Shown here piece by piece: positions 11,900-23,538 of a stretch of DNA of 28,191 nucleotides (its first letter is position 1; every line of letters starts with the position of its first letter). Source of the DNA: Anthoceros angustus. Taxonomy: Eukaryota; Plantae; Anthocerotophyta. The translations under genes were made by a program, and so were the position numbers. Under the pieces are notes generated by a model. The model saw nothing but the letters and a program-made list of their open reading frames with translations, did no database searches and was not told the origin of the DNA. The stretch is taken from positions 1 through 28,191 of the forward strand of contig MU008208.1 in NCBI GenBank assembly GCA_010909165.1, read 5' to 3'.

Positions 11900-12807
11900 G
11901 TGGAAGCCCGCAACGCTCGACATGCGTGGGTTTTGAGGGAAGGAAATACACCCTTCTCATGGATGTTCCCGTGGATTTGACATCGGGCCAATGGACAAAC
12001 GAATGGATTTATCCATGATGGGGTGTGTTCCAAAGTTTCGTGAGAAAACGGAAAATGACGACTTCCGAATTATCGCCATGCATGGTGTTGAAGAAGCCCA
12101 TACGGTAAGGGAGGCTATGAAGTGGTGTGCCAAAGGCGGCTTGGTGTCATTCATTTGGGATAAGACTAACATGAACAACGATGAGGAGGATTTGAGACGT
12201 GGAATACGTTATGCTTGGATGGGGTGTGAAAGATGGATGTTCAAGGACAGGGCTGCCATGATGCCAAATGTGATGCACGGACCTTCAACAATGGAAGATC
12301 GTTATTGGACACCCTCACCGCCAAGAAAGTTTTACCTCTCATGACAAGTTGGTAGTGTGCCCATACCAGACCATTGGGTCTTATGATGAAACTCGTGAGG
12401 ACATTCTCCAAGGAGGGAGACGGGTTATTGATGCATGCTCAGCGGTGGACTACGACACTAGCGTTGCCGTGGCCGAATCAGACATTGCAATAGAGGCGGA
12501 CTTGAGATGCGCAGGTTACATTGCCCAGCGCATACACGGCGTTGATGTCTTGCCCGATGCAGACGAGGAGCTGACTTTTGAGCCGCACCGAAGGGGACCA
12601 TCTCAGTTCTGGGCAAAAGAGGTATGTATTAGCGAGAAAGACTGCTTGAAAGCCCAAGTCGTCGCATTGAGTGCGAAGAGGTTGAAGACGACAACCGGCG
12701 AACTTATGGAGGATGGACAGACTTTGATGTCAGATGGCGTGCGACCCGACCATCGATTTACACCCAAAATGACATCAATGAAGACCAGGAGGCTTTGGTG
12801 CGAATGA
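11900..12807 (+). pseudogene. Beta-class N4-cytosine/N6-adenine DNA methyltransferase (N6_N4_Mtase-like), frameshifted, with C-terminal extension
   Basis: Manual reconstruction across ~4-5 short deletions gives YTLLMDVP(x)G (motif IV-like, DVP at 11962-11970; compare DPPY/DLPYG), SFIWDK (12150-12164; compare IIWxK), CPYQ(x)PLGLMMKLVRTFSKEGD (from 12358; compare HPTQKP..L...I...S..GD), VIDACS(G.)GTTTLA (12424-; motif I, compare VLDPF.GSGTT..A) and IAIEADLRCAGYIAQRI (12484-; compare IGIELD..Y......RL). Catalytic motif before the SAM-binding motif is the beta-class order. Confidence 0.8.
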
Positions 12808-13222
12808 TAGCTTTGACGCACGAGATGGAGCATGAATTTGGCACTTGTAGAAGATTCGGCCCGGTGGATGCAATGGTGGACTCTCAAACAATCCTCGCGA
12901 TAGAACATCAGAGACGCTGATTAGCAAAATCGCCTATGCACTTAGCGGTGTTGGTGTTTAGTTTTGCGGTTTTCTACGAGAACCGCATGTTCGGATGTTT
13001 TCGACCCTCTTAAAATTAACAATGGGTCTTTTCTCAAATTTTGTTGTTAATCGTTTTTGTAGTAGTAGCGGCCACGCCATGTGGTTTCGGGGGATGCCAT
13101 TTTCGTTTGGTTTTCCGCTAGGATATGCATATAACGGTGTCTCAGATTCAAACAAGCCGTTTTCCGCAATTTGTGGATGGTGTCTTTTCCACAAGGGGTT
13201 ATTTTTCCTTGAAGGGGTTTGT

Positions 13223-13250
13223 ATATTCCCCCTTCATAATTTATGGTGTT
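13223..13250 (-). repeat. Right TIR of the 9.1-kb element
   Basis: ATATTCCCCCTTCATAATTTATGGTGTT, the inverted match to 4136-4165, followed by the TSD-like TCTC. Confidence 0.85.
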
Positions 13251-13254
13251 TCTC

Positions 13255-14860
13255 CTTCTAACTGGCAGATCCTAAGAGCAATATAGCATATTGTCTTACG
13301 ACTATAGATCGTCCTCGCCAACTACCAGAGGCCATCACCGCCCACAAAAGCACAATCGGAAGCAAGCAATCGTCGTAACTAGAATCCTAGAAGCTAACAA
13401 GACTTGGACTTAACTTCCCTACCTAAGGATAGAAAACTAGTAGGCTCTAAATGGACATTTAAGATCAAATTAAATCTTGAAGTATAGAAAGGTATAAGGC
13501 AAGACTTGTAGCTAAGGGATATTCACAAAAATATGGTTTTGACTAAACGAAACCTTTAGTCCTACTCAAAATAACCTCACTAAGGATCCTCTTAGCCTTA
13601 GCATCTCACCATGACTATGAGCTAATGCAACTTGATATCAAGACGGCTATATATGGAGATCTCGACCACACTATTTACATGGAGATTCCTCAAGGGATAC
13701 ATGTGGATAGGAGAAAATACAATGCCCGCTATTACTCAAGTCCTTATATGGACTCAAGCAAAGCGCCATGAAATGGTATTATAAGTTAGATGTTAGCCTT
13801 AAGGAACTAGGGTTCACCAAGCTAAACTCGATAGCAACATCTATATCAAAAGATCTCAATTCATTGTTTTAGGAGTATATGTACATATAGTTCTTATGTC
13901 TAACACTAAGGCAATATTAGAAAATACCGATCTATGCTAGCTAAGCGCTTTCTATGACCACTTGTAGAGAACTTTCCTTTTGTTTAGGCATTCGTGTTCT
14001 AAGGGATAGAAATGCTAGAAGTATTCTTATTCATCAATCCAAATACATTCAAGAGATCTTAACCAAGTTTAACATGTTAGATGCTAAACCTATCTCTACG
14101 CCTATGGAAATGAACCTCAAACTTAGCAGAACCGGACCAACGGATAACACCTCCGATGCTACTCTCCTCCTTACTCTTCAGCCGTGAGGTAGTCTTATGT
14201 ATCTTATGGTATGCACTAGACCAATCTCTCCTATCGATTGGGAGCTTTATCTCAATTTTATCACTCCTACTCAAGCTCATTGGGCAGTCAAGAGGGTATT
14301 TCGATACCTAAGGGCAACCTTGGACTTAGGGTTACCCAATCGTATCAAGCAAGAAGAGCCTCTACAACTAGAAGGTTTTAGCGATGCCGGCCGGGCGGCA
14401 ATATTGATGATAGAAAGAGTACAAGTAGTTATGTATACTTACTTGGAGGACGGCAACAAGCTGGAGTAGTAGCGGCGACAGTTGTCGCTCACTGACGGAA
14501 TATATTGCTCACTAACTCACGCATGTAAGGACGGACTTTGGCAACTCCTCCAACTCTCAGAGTTAGGTGAAACACAAAGGATCCCTAGGCCACTTTATTG
14601 TGACAATCAAAGTGCTATCGCCCTTACCTACAACCCGAAGTTCCATGCACGAACAAAGCACGTGGAAGTGCAATTCCACTTTATAAGGCAAGTGGTCGAC
14701 GAAGGTAAATTTATAGTTTTATATTGCCCAACGGAACAAATGACGACGTGCTACGAAGGCACTCAACTCGTCAAGCATCAAGAACACATGAGAAATATGG
14801 GACTAAGAAAAGTCTCGAAATCGCCTATAGTACTTAGCATAGTTTTATATATAGCCTAAG
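13255..14860 (+). mobile_element. Ty1/copia retrotransposon, 3' part (reverse transcriptase and RNase H), frameshifted
   Basis: AYCLTTID.P....EAI; LEANKTW; LPKDRKLVGSKWTFKIK; RYKARLVAKGYSQKYG; CLGIRVLRDR...IHQSKYIQEIL.KFNM; YLMVCTRP; HWAVKRVFRYL; FSDA; DDRKSTS; LYCDNQSAIALTYNPKFHARTKHVEVQFHFIRQVV. Confidence 0.93.
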
Positions 14861-15059
14861 GACTAGATGCTAAGTAGTGTTAAAGTAGTAGCATCCGCCC
14901 TTAGGGCACGCTTCTTCTTTAACATATTTTAGAACTCAAGCGTTATAGCGAACAGCATCACCAAACTACAAAGGCAGCGTTTGGGCACTGACAACGTACA
15001 TCATGTACACTTCTCTCATTGCTAATCAATCCAATATATGTCTCTCACATCCTCGTGCC

Positions 15060-16400
15060 CGGTCCATGTGACCGCAACAACATCATCGCGGCCAAGGGCT
15101 AGGAAAAACCAGCTCGGGTGTGGGGACTGTTGCTTGGACTCGAAGCACCGGACGTCCGTGGCACCAACCCCTCTTACCCGGCGAGCTTTCATTTAAAACT
15201 AGTTCTTTGAAAGCGTGTCCGCGGAATTATATTTTGTGCCACCACCTTTTGTTGCGGTTTCACTTGCGCAGATCATGCATATCGATGGCGGTTGCCAGCG
15301 ACACACTGCGAGATGGATTTACTGATCCCATTACTAGGAGTTGCCATTTGATTTCCACTCGGCGGATGCCATGCTAGGGGCCTTCTCGCAGCAGTATGCC
15401 CTTTCGATGTAAGCAATGCATCATCCGCACACCTTCTAAACATTGCTGGTGCAAAGCCTTGTGGAAGACACGATGTCCATCCGTGTCGCAATGCCTCAAA
15501 AGTTCTTGCCTTTTCCTCTGGTTGGCACAATGTCAAAGTTCTTCACCGCACCATACTCTAATCCATTGCGGGTCCAGACGAGAGGCTCCTTGTGCTTGAG
15601 CCGGATCGCAATAGCGTACACTGCTCATCCTTCATGGTATTGCGTGAAAACAAGCGCTCCCGCACATTTCTTTTGGCTGGTGTGGTTGCATCATCCTCCA
15701 TCGACACATACAAGAAGAGCAAGTCTTGATTGGGTCATTTGTTGCATCCAACTTCTCTTTGTAATGTCAAATGGCGAGATCATCTTGTACATCCGTGGAT
15801 CAAGTCAATATCGGACCGCTTGTAAGGACTCGGAAAGATGCCTTGGTCGGCGGGATGCTCTTGTGGAAAGACCCGCATCGGTGGCGCAGCTTGAGTTGTC
15901 CTTGGAGTCGGGCTGGTGCAGGCTCGTCGCCTCGTTCAAGGCACATGAGTCTCCCTTCCGTCGCCTTTTTTCTCTCCACCGAGCGTCCTGCGATTTGTTG
16001 GAGTCATTCTTCCGCTTGAGCCCTTGGAGCCATTACATGCAACTATGAAAGAAGTGAGATCACGAAGTGTTTAGATTGTTAAAAGGATACACATGAGCTG
16101 CAACTTCTCGAACACGGGACGGTCGTGTGCAAGCGGAGTTGGTGTTGATGCTCACACGACTAGCCCAACTCGCACCCTCGAGAACAGCAATTGCAGCTGG
16201 CGATGAGGAGGTCGGCGGTGTCACGATATCTGCATTGCCGGCTGCCCGTGATGGACAAAGTGCGGGTGAGTGTGAGAACGACCCGTTTTCTCGATCCGCG
16301 GCAATCTCTTGCTTTTCCGCCCACACATAAGCTAGATGGAAATACACATCTTCCCAAAGCGAGAATGAATCTATACCATCCGAGAAGGTGGGGTCATGCC
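15060..16400 (-). pseudogene. Decayed minus-strand gene, head-to-head with the second transposase
   Basis: Coding-like composition and position mirror the partner gene of the 9.1-kb element. A weak D-G-H-R motif lies at ~15464-15490. No confident domain; it appears truncated near the copia junction. Confidence 0.3.
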
Positions 16401-16997
16401 GTCATGAAGGAAGAAGACCCAGGCAAGGCGGCTCTGTAATCAAGCAACTCCTTAAATGCTTTGTCGGCGGCGTGTTTTGCCATTGTCGGCTAATGTGGCA
16501 AATGCAAATTGAGCATATTCTAAGGTATATGCTAGTTATGCCACAGCTAAAATAGTGTTCAGTGGCATAACGATGGGCACCTAGAGTGATTCGATCCACC
16601 GACTAGTACCGGCCGCCGTTTCCTACCAAAGTGGGCACCTCGACTTCATTGCCGACATTTAGTGCGAAGGCTTATTTCACAAGCCGCGAATTGTGTCGAG
16701 TCTTGCGCATCCACTTCTCATCCACCTTGCGCATCCCTCCTCCTCCCTCACGCGCCCCTCCGTGTGAGAGCAATGGCCAGCAGCAGCGGCGTGTTCGATT
16801 TTACAAATTTCGCGGCGGGTCGATGCATGTCATTCCGAACGGTGGCCATGAGTCGGCGACTCAATTGTTGATCTCGGACGGATGCACACAACCCGTCGTA
16901 GTTTTAGAGGATGATTCACAGGCTATGGCGGCGTCGTGAGCATAGTCCTTGAAGAGACAGGTGGCAGACTTCTAGCGGTGGAAGCGATGGCGATGTC

Positions 16998-19900
16998 GTG
17001 TTCCGAGATATGGAGCGGAGGATATGGTTGCCGGCGATGGCGACCTTTTTATCCCGATGCGATGCGGGCGAGAGGATCGAGGAGCTCGTGCGACGTTTAA
17101 CCGGATGTCCGGTGCTCGCCGACGCGCGCCGCGGCGAGGCGGCCGTGTGCCACCGAGGCGGCACATCCATCCGGACTTCTTGGATCACCGATGGCGGCGC
17201 ATCGCGAATGTACCTGTTGGCGCATTTGGGCGTCCGGATAACACCGGACGCCACGGCGACAAGGTCGCCCTCCGGGATCTTTGTGGGCGGGTCCGAGAAT
17301 ACTATCGAGAATGTGCTACACCGGCGGGAACAGGGCAAGACTACGATGTGGAGAGTGTTGCGAGTCTCGGACTTTGGTGAGAAGATCCACATTGTTGATT
17401 TTGGGCTTGGCTTGGAAACAATATCGCCGGTGATGGCGGAGTTGCAAATCTTGGGAGTCGTCCAAGAGCTAATGTGGTCCGTGGTCCCGGATCTTTGTTT
17501 GGTGATTGTGATGCCATCCGGTTGGAGTTGCACGAGATGATGCCTCGCGCATCCGGCCAAAGGTGAGGATCTGCGTGCAACAGCTGCAGCGTTGCCAAGC
17601 GTAGTACCTCCGGCGAGCTAGAATGGATTTGGTCTTAGAGAAGCATTGTTCGAGGCCAAGTTGTGCGCCGATTTAAAGCGGCATTGTTGTGACAAAAATG
17701 TTTAGAGCGTGTTGGCCATTCAAATTGAAGGTGATTCGTAGCATTCTTCCGCATGACAAAAGGAGGCGAGGAACAGCATTTGCAAGACCATCGGATCGAT
17801 CGAAGGCGAGGAGTTGTTGCCCATAGTATGGATAAACCGGATTCCACATGGGAAGAAAGCAGTGTGTGTGAGGGCTTTCATCGGGTTTTACGCATTGGGT
17901 CACTAAGATACAAGAATGCGCAAACCGGGGTAGTGAAAAATGTTAGATGGACCGTGCTACGGTCTAAAGCGCCAACGCCATATGGATTACGCTCATGTGG
18001 ATGGGCGTTTTCTTCAAAGGTCGGAAAGACGCGAATCGGGAAGTCTTCAACTTGCAGACCTAAAGAGGAGATCTTCATTGAGTATGCGTGCAGGATCGGT
18101 GTGCTCCCACGTTTATTCTGACTACTTTTGCAAGCTTTGGATGAAGTATTTCCGGTTTAAAATACCACGGTGCAACCGGTTTTCAGTCTGTGCAGACTGC
18201 GATGACCTAAAGAGGAAAATAAAAGACGCAGGGTCGGACCACGTACAAGGTGAGATGGCGGTCCTTATTCCGGCGGTCACCGGATGTCCGAACTTTGGCG
18301 CAACCCCATGGCCTCATACCCTTTTCTTGCGAATGAAGGCGGGGCTTGAAACAAACCGTGTGCATTCTTCGCCCTTATTGTTGCGTGTGCGAGACAAGAA
18401 TGTGGGACTCGACTCCGAGAACAACAAGGGCGCGAAAATGGCGCACCGGCACAAGTGCTTGGCGGCTAAGTTCATTGGTATTGCCATAGATGGTATGGAC
18501 CAAAAAAGCGAGTTGCCCCATTACAGATTGCCAAAGACGGTTGATTCGAGCCCTTGTCGGGCTTCACGTTCTAGGTGTCTGGTGTTCAACTACTTGTGCG
18601 CAGTGTATTTGAGTTTCCGAATGTGAGAAATGATCCGAATGGGCTGGCCGTGATTGACATGTTATCAATACGGGAGGCCGCTCCCCTATTCTATACTTGC
18701 GGATGGACAACACTGCTCAAAACAAGAATCGAGGAGAATTGGCATATCATCCATGCTTGTGGCGAAAGGTATCTTCAAAAAAATCAAGGTGGGGTTTCTT
18801 CTTGTTGGCCATACCCACGATCGATTGACCAAATGTTTTCGAGGTTCTCGGTTGTGCTAGGGTTGAAGGATGCTTTCACGAAATGATAGGGTTCTTTGGA
18901 GGCGTACACCCCATCACCATGATTCACATCTTGAAGGAGGTGCGGACTTCAAGACCTATCTATGGCCGAAGGGGATCGTGCAGCATGACTTGCATAATCA
19001 CATTTTCAACACCGGTTCAAAATAACAAAGGGCTATCGAGAGGGCGTGGCGTGCTAAGATGCAAGGAGTTTTCAAGTTCGATCCGTCACCGGTGGTGTGC
19101 GCTATTACGTTCGGGGTGCCACCACGGGTGATTGTGGCGCTCCATTGTTGCCGTTGGTCCCATCACATGCCCAAGGTAAAGGAAAGGGACATGCAAAGCG
19201 GAAGGATGCCGATGTCCGTGTCAATGACGATAGTCTCCAAGCGATGGCGGTAGTGGTAGTGTAGTGGCGGAGTCCATGAAGTAAAAGCGGGCCTAGAACG
19301 CACCCGACATATGAATGTGGAGCAACTATCATGGTGGGATACGTTGGGATGAGCAGTGCAATAGCCGAGAGACTAGCGGTGGCATTCCATTCCGTTGGAG
19401 CAGAATGGTCTTGGTACACTCGCGATGAAGAAAAGCGAGGTACCACAAGACCCTCCAGACTCAACTTTGGTTGATCCTGCAATGGCCAGACGGATTTTTG
19501 GACATGGTCGGGAGGTGTACACCGGGGCACATCGAAGTGCAGAGGGGAGGGCAAGGGCAGAGGCTCATGTCAGAGGTTGTGTGAAGGAGATTGAGGAGGG
19601 AATGATGGTTGCTGTCCAAGCTGGGGATGATCCAGGGCAGACCATTCTGGCTCGCAAAAGTGGTGGAGGTGGACCATGATGTTGTGGTCCCTTTCATGAT
19701 AGTTCATTGGTGGCGGACAGAGAACAATGATGCATTCGAGGGAAGGTACATGGAGGAGTTTGTGATGAGCGCCCACGGTCGAGGGAAAAAGTGCGGCGAT
19801 CAAAGAATGGAGGCGGGCGTCGGAGAAGCATTTGCAAAGCCTCAACTTCCGAGACAAATGTGCTGGCCTATGATTTGTGACAAGGAACAAGACGTTGCGA

Positions 19901-20000
19901 GGGCGACAATGAAGCGATAAAGACCAAAGTCTTTGAGTTGCGTCGAGCCGGTGATGAACCGGCGAGACTTCCGCCAGACACGAATGTCATGCCAAGACAT
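16998..20000 (+). pseudogene. Second Sola/DUF7869-like DDD transposase, frameshifted (ends approximate)
   Basis: WMKYFRFKIPRCNRFSVCADCDDLKRK (CxxC), IAIDGMDQKSELPHY (18480-), ILYLRMDN..QNKNR (DN at 18706-18711), GIFKKIKVGFLLVGHTHD.IDQMFSRFS (18807-18821 = GHTHD), and C-terminal PFWLAKVVEV...MIVHWW. Same motif order as 5061-7400 but diverged at the DNA level. No TIRs were found for this copy. Confidence 0.87.
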
Positions 20001-23000
20001 GATTGACTCGGAAGACCTCGACAATGTGGAATCGGATGAGTCCACAGACGTGGTGGTGGACCAGGATGGTGGACTCGGAGAGGAGCCGGAGGGCAACCTA
20101 ATATTGTCAACTTTCCGTTCCTTGTACCAGACGTTATGTCCCCTCGGGCTTGAATGCGATGGATTGTTTTCGTCTTTTCGTGGAAAGGTTTAACGACTTG
20201 CCATCATCATCTCTTTGTAGGAAGTTGACGGTGTGATAATGTCCGGAGCATGTAACGGCGACTATGTCGAAACCGATCCCAACAATGTGGTGCTCTAATT
20301 TTCTAACAATGTTACGGTGGTTTTGTCCGATTGAGAGAGCGCGAGGTTTCAATGGTGATCATGCGGTCATCTATGTTCGACCTTGCGGTGTGGCGTGTTC
20401 CCAGGATGGTCACCAGGATGTCCGTGGCAAGGTATGTATGCAAAGCAAGTGCGCAATGTTTGTTTTCGGTTCTAGTTAGGGACCGCCTAATGACTATGGG
20501 GTGGAGCAGGGGGTCGATCTCGGCGGTGGCCAGTTCGGCGACGGGGCGCACACAGCGTAAAAGCGGTGAGTACCAAGACGGGCTCAAAAGCGTCTTCCTC
20601 CACTGCTTCCACCGCCAGCAGAGGTTGTCTTCCACCTCCTTTGTGGTTTGTGCACGCCGCGCTCATCCCCTCCTCTGGCAGAGAGCCGTCCTCACGCCAT
20701 GCTCCTCCACCCTCCTTCCAGCCTCTGACTGTTGTCTGGGTTTTGCCCTGTTTCAGTGTCTGCCCCTTCTCCTTACGTCCCATCCATCCAACCTTCCCTT
20801 GAACTAACCTGCTGTTTGCAGCCCTTCTGGATGAGGACTCGCAGAGGTGGCTACGAGTCACCACCTCGTATCACAAGGGAGGATGTGGAGGCAAAGCGAG
20901 GCGGAGAAGGATGGAAGTTGCCCATCCGGACTTGTGTGGAGGCCATTTGGGTCTCGGTGTGCAGGCGTGGGCGGGGAAAAAGACAGTGTGGCCATCTCCT
21001 TCCATGCGGAGGGTGGCGGTGGCATCGTAGATTTTCCGGATCTTTGCGGCAGGTAGGAAAAAGCCAAGGGGCTGGAAGAGGACTATAGGATAGCGAAGGA
21101 GGGGTTCCCAGGCGAAACGAAGGGTGCAGCAACTCCAGGTGCAGAGGAAGGAGGGTGAAGGAAGAGCACGAGGACTGTCCGGTCCGAATTGTTTAGAGCT
21201 TCCGTGACCTTGCGGTGCCCTGAGTCCATACACTTACGCGAATGAAGGTTCTGCAGGAGGAGGCGTCGCCTTGGGAGCGGGAGGCTGGGTGGAAGTGAAG
21301 GAGGAGGGTAAGCACTTACCTCTACCTTTTCGCGAGAGTTGAGCATGGTTGTCATTGCATGCACTAACGGCTGTTCATTGTGGCGAGACAGTGATGGGGA
21401 CACCCTTGGCAAACCGGAGGAGCACATTGGAGATAGGAGCGTGAAGTGGGTTACCTAGGTTTTTGCAATCATAGACTAGAAGCGGGGCGGGGGAGAGGGG
21501 GTTGGATGCTTGTAGCTTTCTCGTGGCTTCCGGGTCGAGTTGGGGGCAATCACATGATTTGTGTATGTCAAGTTTTAGCGTCGATGTGCAAGCCTGAAGT
21601 GTGCGCGGGGGTTTGAGTTTGGGGAATGCCGATTCGGGAATGTTTTGTCATCAGGACGGCCGGTGGCTATGAGCCAACAGTCAATGTCATGGCATGGACT
21701 AGAGGCGGTTATATGAACTACACCATATCGGTTTTCCAATACTTTATTAGCGAAATGTATTCATCAGCATATACTTTGTACCTTGGGGATGTATATTTGA
21801 ATAATATTATTCCATGTATTTTACATGAATAACCCTAAGGCCCACAAACAAAGTGAGCCGCTAGTGATGCATTCATCCAATTGTGTAACATGACGGTCTA
21901 CACTTTTCCATATGCCGGTTGTAAAGGTAGCTTTGGTCGTAATGTATCCCAAAAGTGACACGATTGAAATAAAGCCTAAATAAATGTTCTAGTCACGCCA
22001 TAAATTTATAAGGATCTCTACTTTTCTCCCGAATGCCTCTTTTGTTTAACCATGAGACATCGAGGTGTGGAAATATTGCCAATAAATTTCAAGTTTTGAT
22101 GAAGTGGAATGGGTTTGGGTGTCTTGCGTTGTATTTTTAGCCCGTTTCCCACAAACCCTCAAAATCAACGTTAGTTTTCTTAAGTGCAAATTTTGATGAC
22201 ATATTTGGCGTCTCAGGAAAGTGGAGTGTGTCACTAGCCTAAAGGAGACCTTGTTGTTAAAGCAGTGGCAAGACACACATACACAAATTTTTGTTCACAA
22301 GTATGGCCATAATGGGAAGAGGCAATAGCAGTGGCATACATGGCGAGTGCGGCCGAGGCATGTGGAATTGGAGGTGGAGGTGGAGCAAACGGTATTCCAC
22401 ATGAAATGGAAGGCAAGGTCGGGGAAAGAGGAGAGGTGGGCAGCGGGAGGGAGGGGACCGGATATGGAATATTGCGTACGCAATGGTGCGGCAACGCAAA
22501 TGACCTAAACGCAACTCTAAACCCGAGAAAGAAAAGTTTACGTGTAGCAATGAAATCTTTCGTGCATCATGTAGGTTGAGCGACATCGGACACCGGGGCT
22601 CATGACCCGAGCTTATGTGGTCATGCGTGACATCGAAATAGTTCATCAGATGCGGCGGCCTATTTCTTTCATCACAACCCTAAAAAATGTGGATGCCGCG
22701 TGACCAGATCGGTATTCCATAAACCTCATCATGGGGCATGTCAAGTTCCCTAGAGGAACTCTTAAGGCAGGTAAATGTTAAAAGTAAGGGAAAGATATAC
22801 TATATATATAATATTTTAGATCATAAAATATATTAAATTATCAACAAGAATATATTTAGGTGTATAATATTTACTCAAAAATAATAATGAACAAAAGATA
22901 AAAGTGTCTAAGGTATCCAGGTGGAACATTTAACCGGTCGGCCAAGTAAAGATTGTTCTCAAATATCCTTTATCAATATTTGGTTCCACTTACCTTAAAT

Positions 23001-23218
23001 ACTAAGAATTTCATGTACCCAAAAATAATTCGATCAGAATATCTCTTATCTTCTACATACCATGAATTGAAAACCTCAAACACTACCTACTCTAAAACAC
23101 TTCATGAAAATCTCCAGCCCTCTATCTACTCTTTCAAACACTTGGCATTCATAGGTTTCTCAAGGCACTTTGCTAGAAAAATCTCTTATACCGACTTTGC
23201 TTTGGAGTGTCAACTTCT

Positions 23219-23538
23219 TGTTATAGCTTGTGCGTTGCGTTGCGGCTGCTCTTCACTCTCCATTATGCCTTGCGCGACTCCCTCTTATGGCTTATTCATT
23301 CTGCCCACTCTTCACTTTCTGTTATGCCTTGTGCAACTCCCCATTATGGCTGCTTTGTGAGCACTCTTTTCTCTCCACTCCCTGTTATGGCTTGTGCGTT
23401 GTGATCACTCTTCACTCTCTGTTATACCTTCTGCGCCGAGGCCACTCTCTACTCGCATCAGTCATAGCTTATGCGTTGCGGCCACTCTCCACTCTTAGTT
23501 ATAGGCTCTATGTTGTGGCGACTCTTCATTTGTGGTAA
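23219..23538 (+). repeat. Degenerate tandem repeat, about 9 units of ~23-40 bp
   Basis: Approximate consensus TGTTATGGCTTGTGCGTTGCGGCCACTCTTCACTCTC. Fuller units start at 23219, 23382, 23419, 23460 and 23497. The overlapping ORFs at 22953-23538 simply read through this repeat. Confidence 0.75.

Larger units (their letters stand above)
4136..13250. mobile_element. 9,115-bp TIR DNA transposon (Sola/DUF7869-like transposase plus DNA amino-methyltransferase cargo) inserted in the copia element
   Basis: Matching TIRs at both ends. Flanks ACTC (4132-4135) and TCTC (13251-13254) fit a 4-bp TSD with one mismatch. Removing the element and one TSD copy rejoins the copia linker in frame (...GKINRYT|PSNWQ...). 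Confidence 0.85.

Noticed and set aside
14860-15060. 3' LTR of the interrupted copia
   Set aside because: No clear PPT and no similarity to 1092-1258; probably deleted or replaced at the junction with the second DNA element.
20200-21430. Minus-strand coding-like region (FDIVAVTCSGHYHTVNF) as a protease or host gene
   Set aside because: No complete catalytic motif set or long frame, much of it is low-complexity P/S-rich, and no TIR was found to tie it to the second element.
21829-21844. Telo-box-like AACCCTAA next to site II-like GGCCCA
   Set aside because: Short motifs are expected by chance and no supported gene lies next to them.
22794-22812. Short (TA)n tract
   Set aside because: Ordinary interrupted microsatellite in AT-rich DNA.
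22953-23538. ORFs of 135, 65 and 102 aa
   Set aside because: They read through the tandem repeat and give repetitive peptides with no domain.
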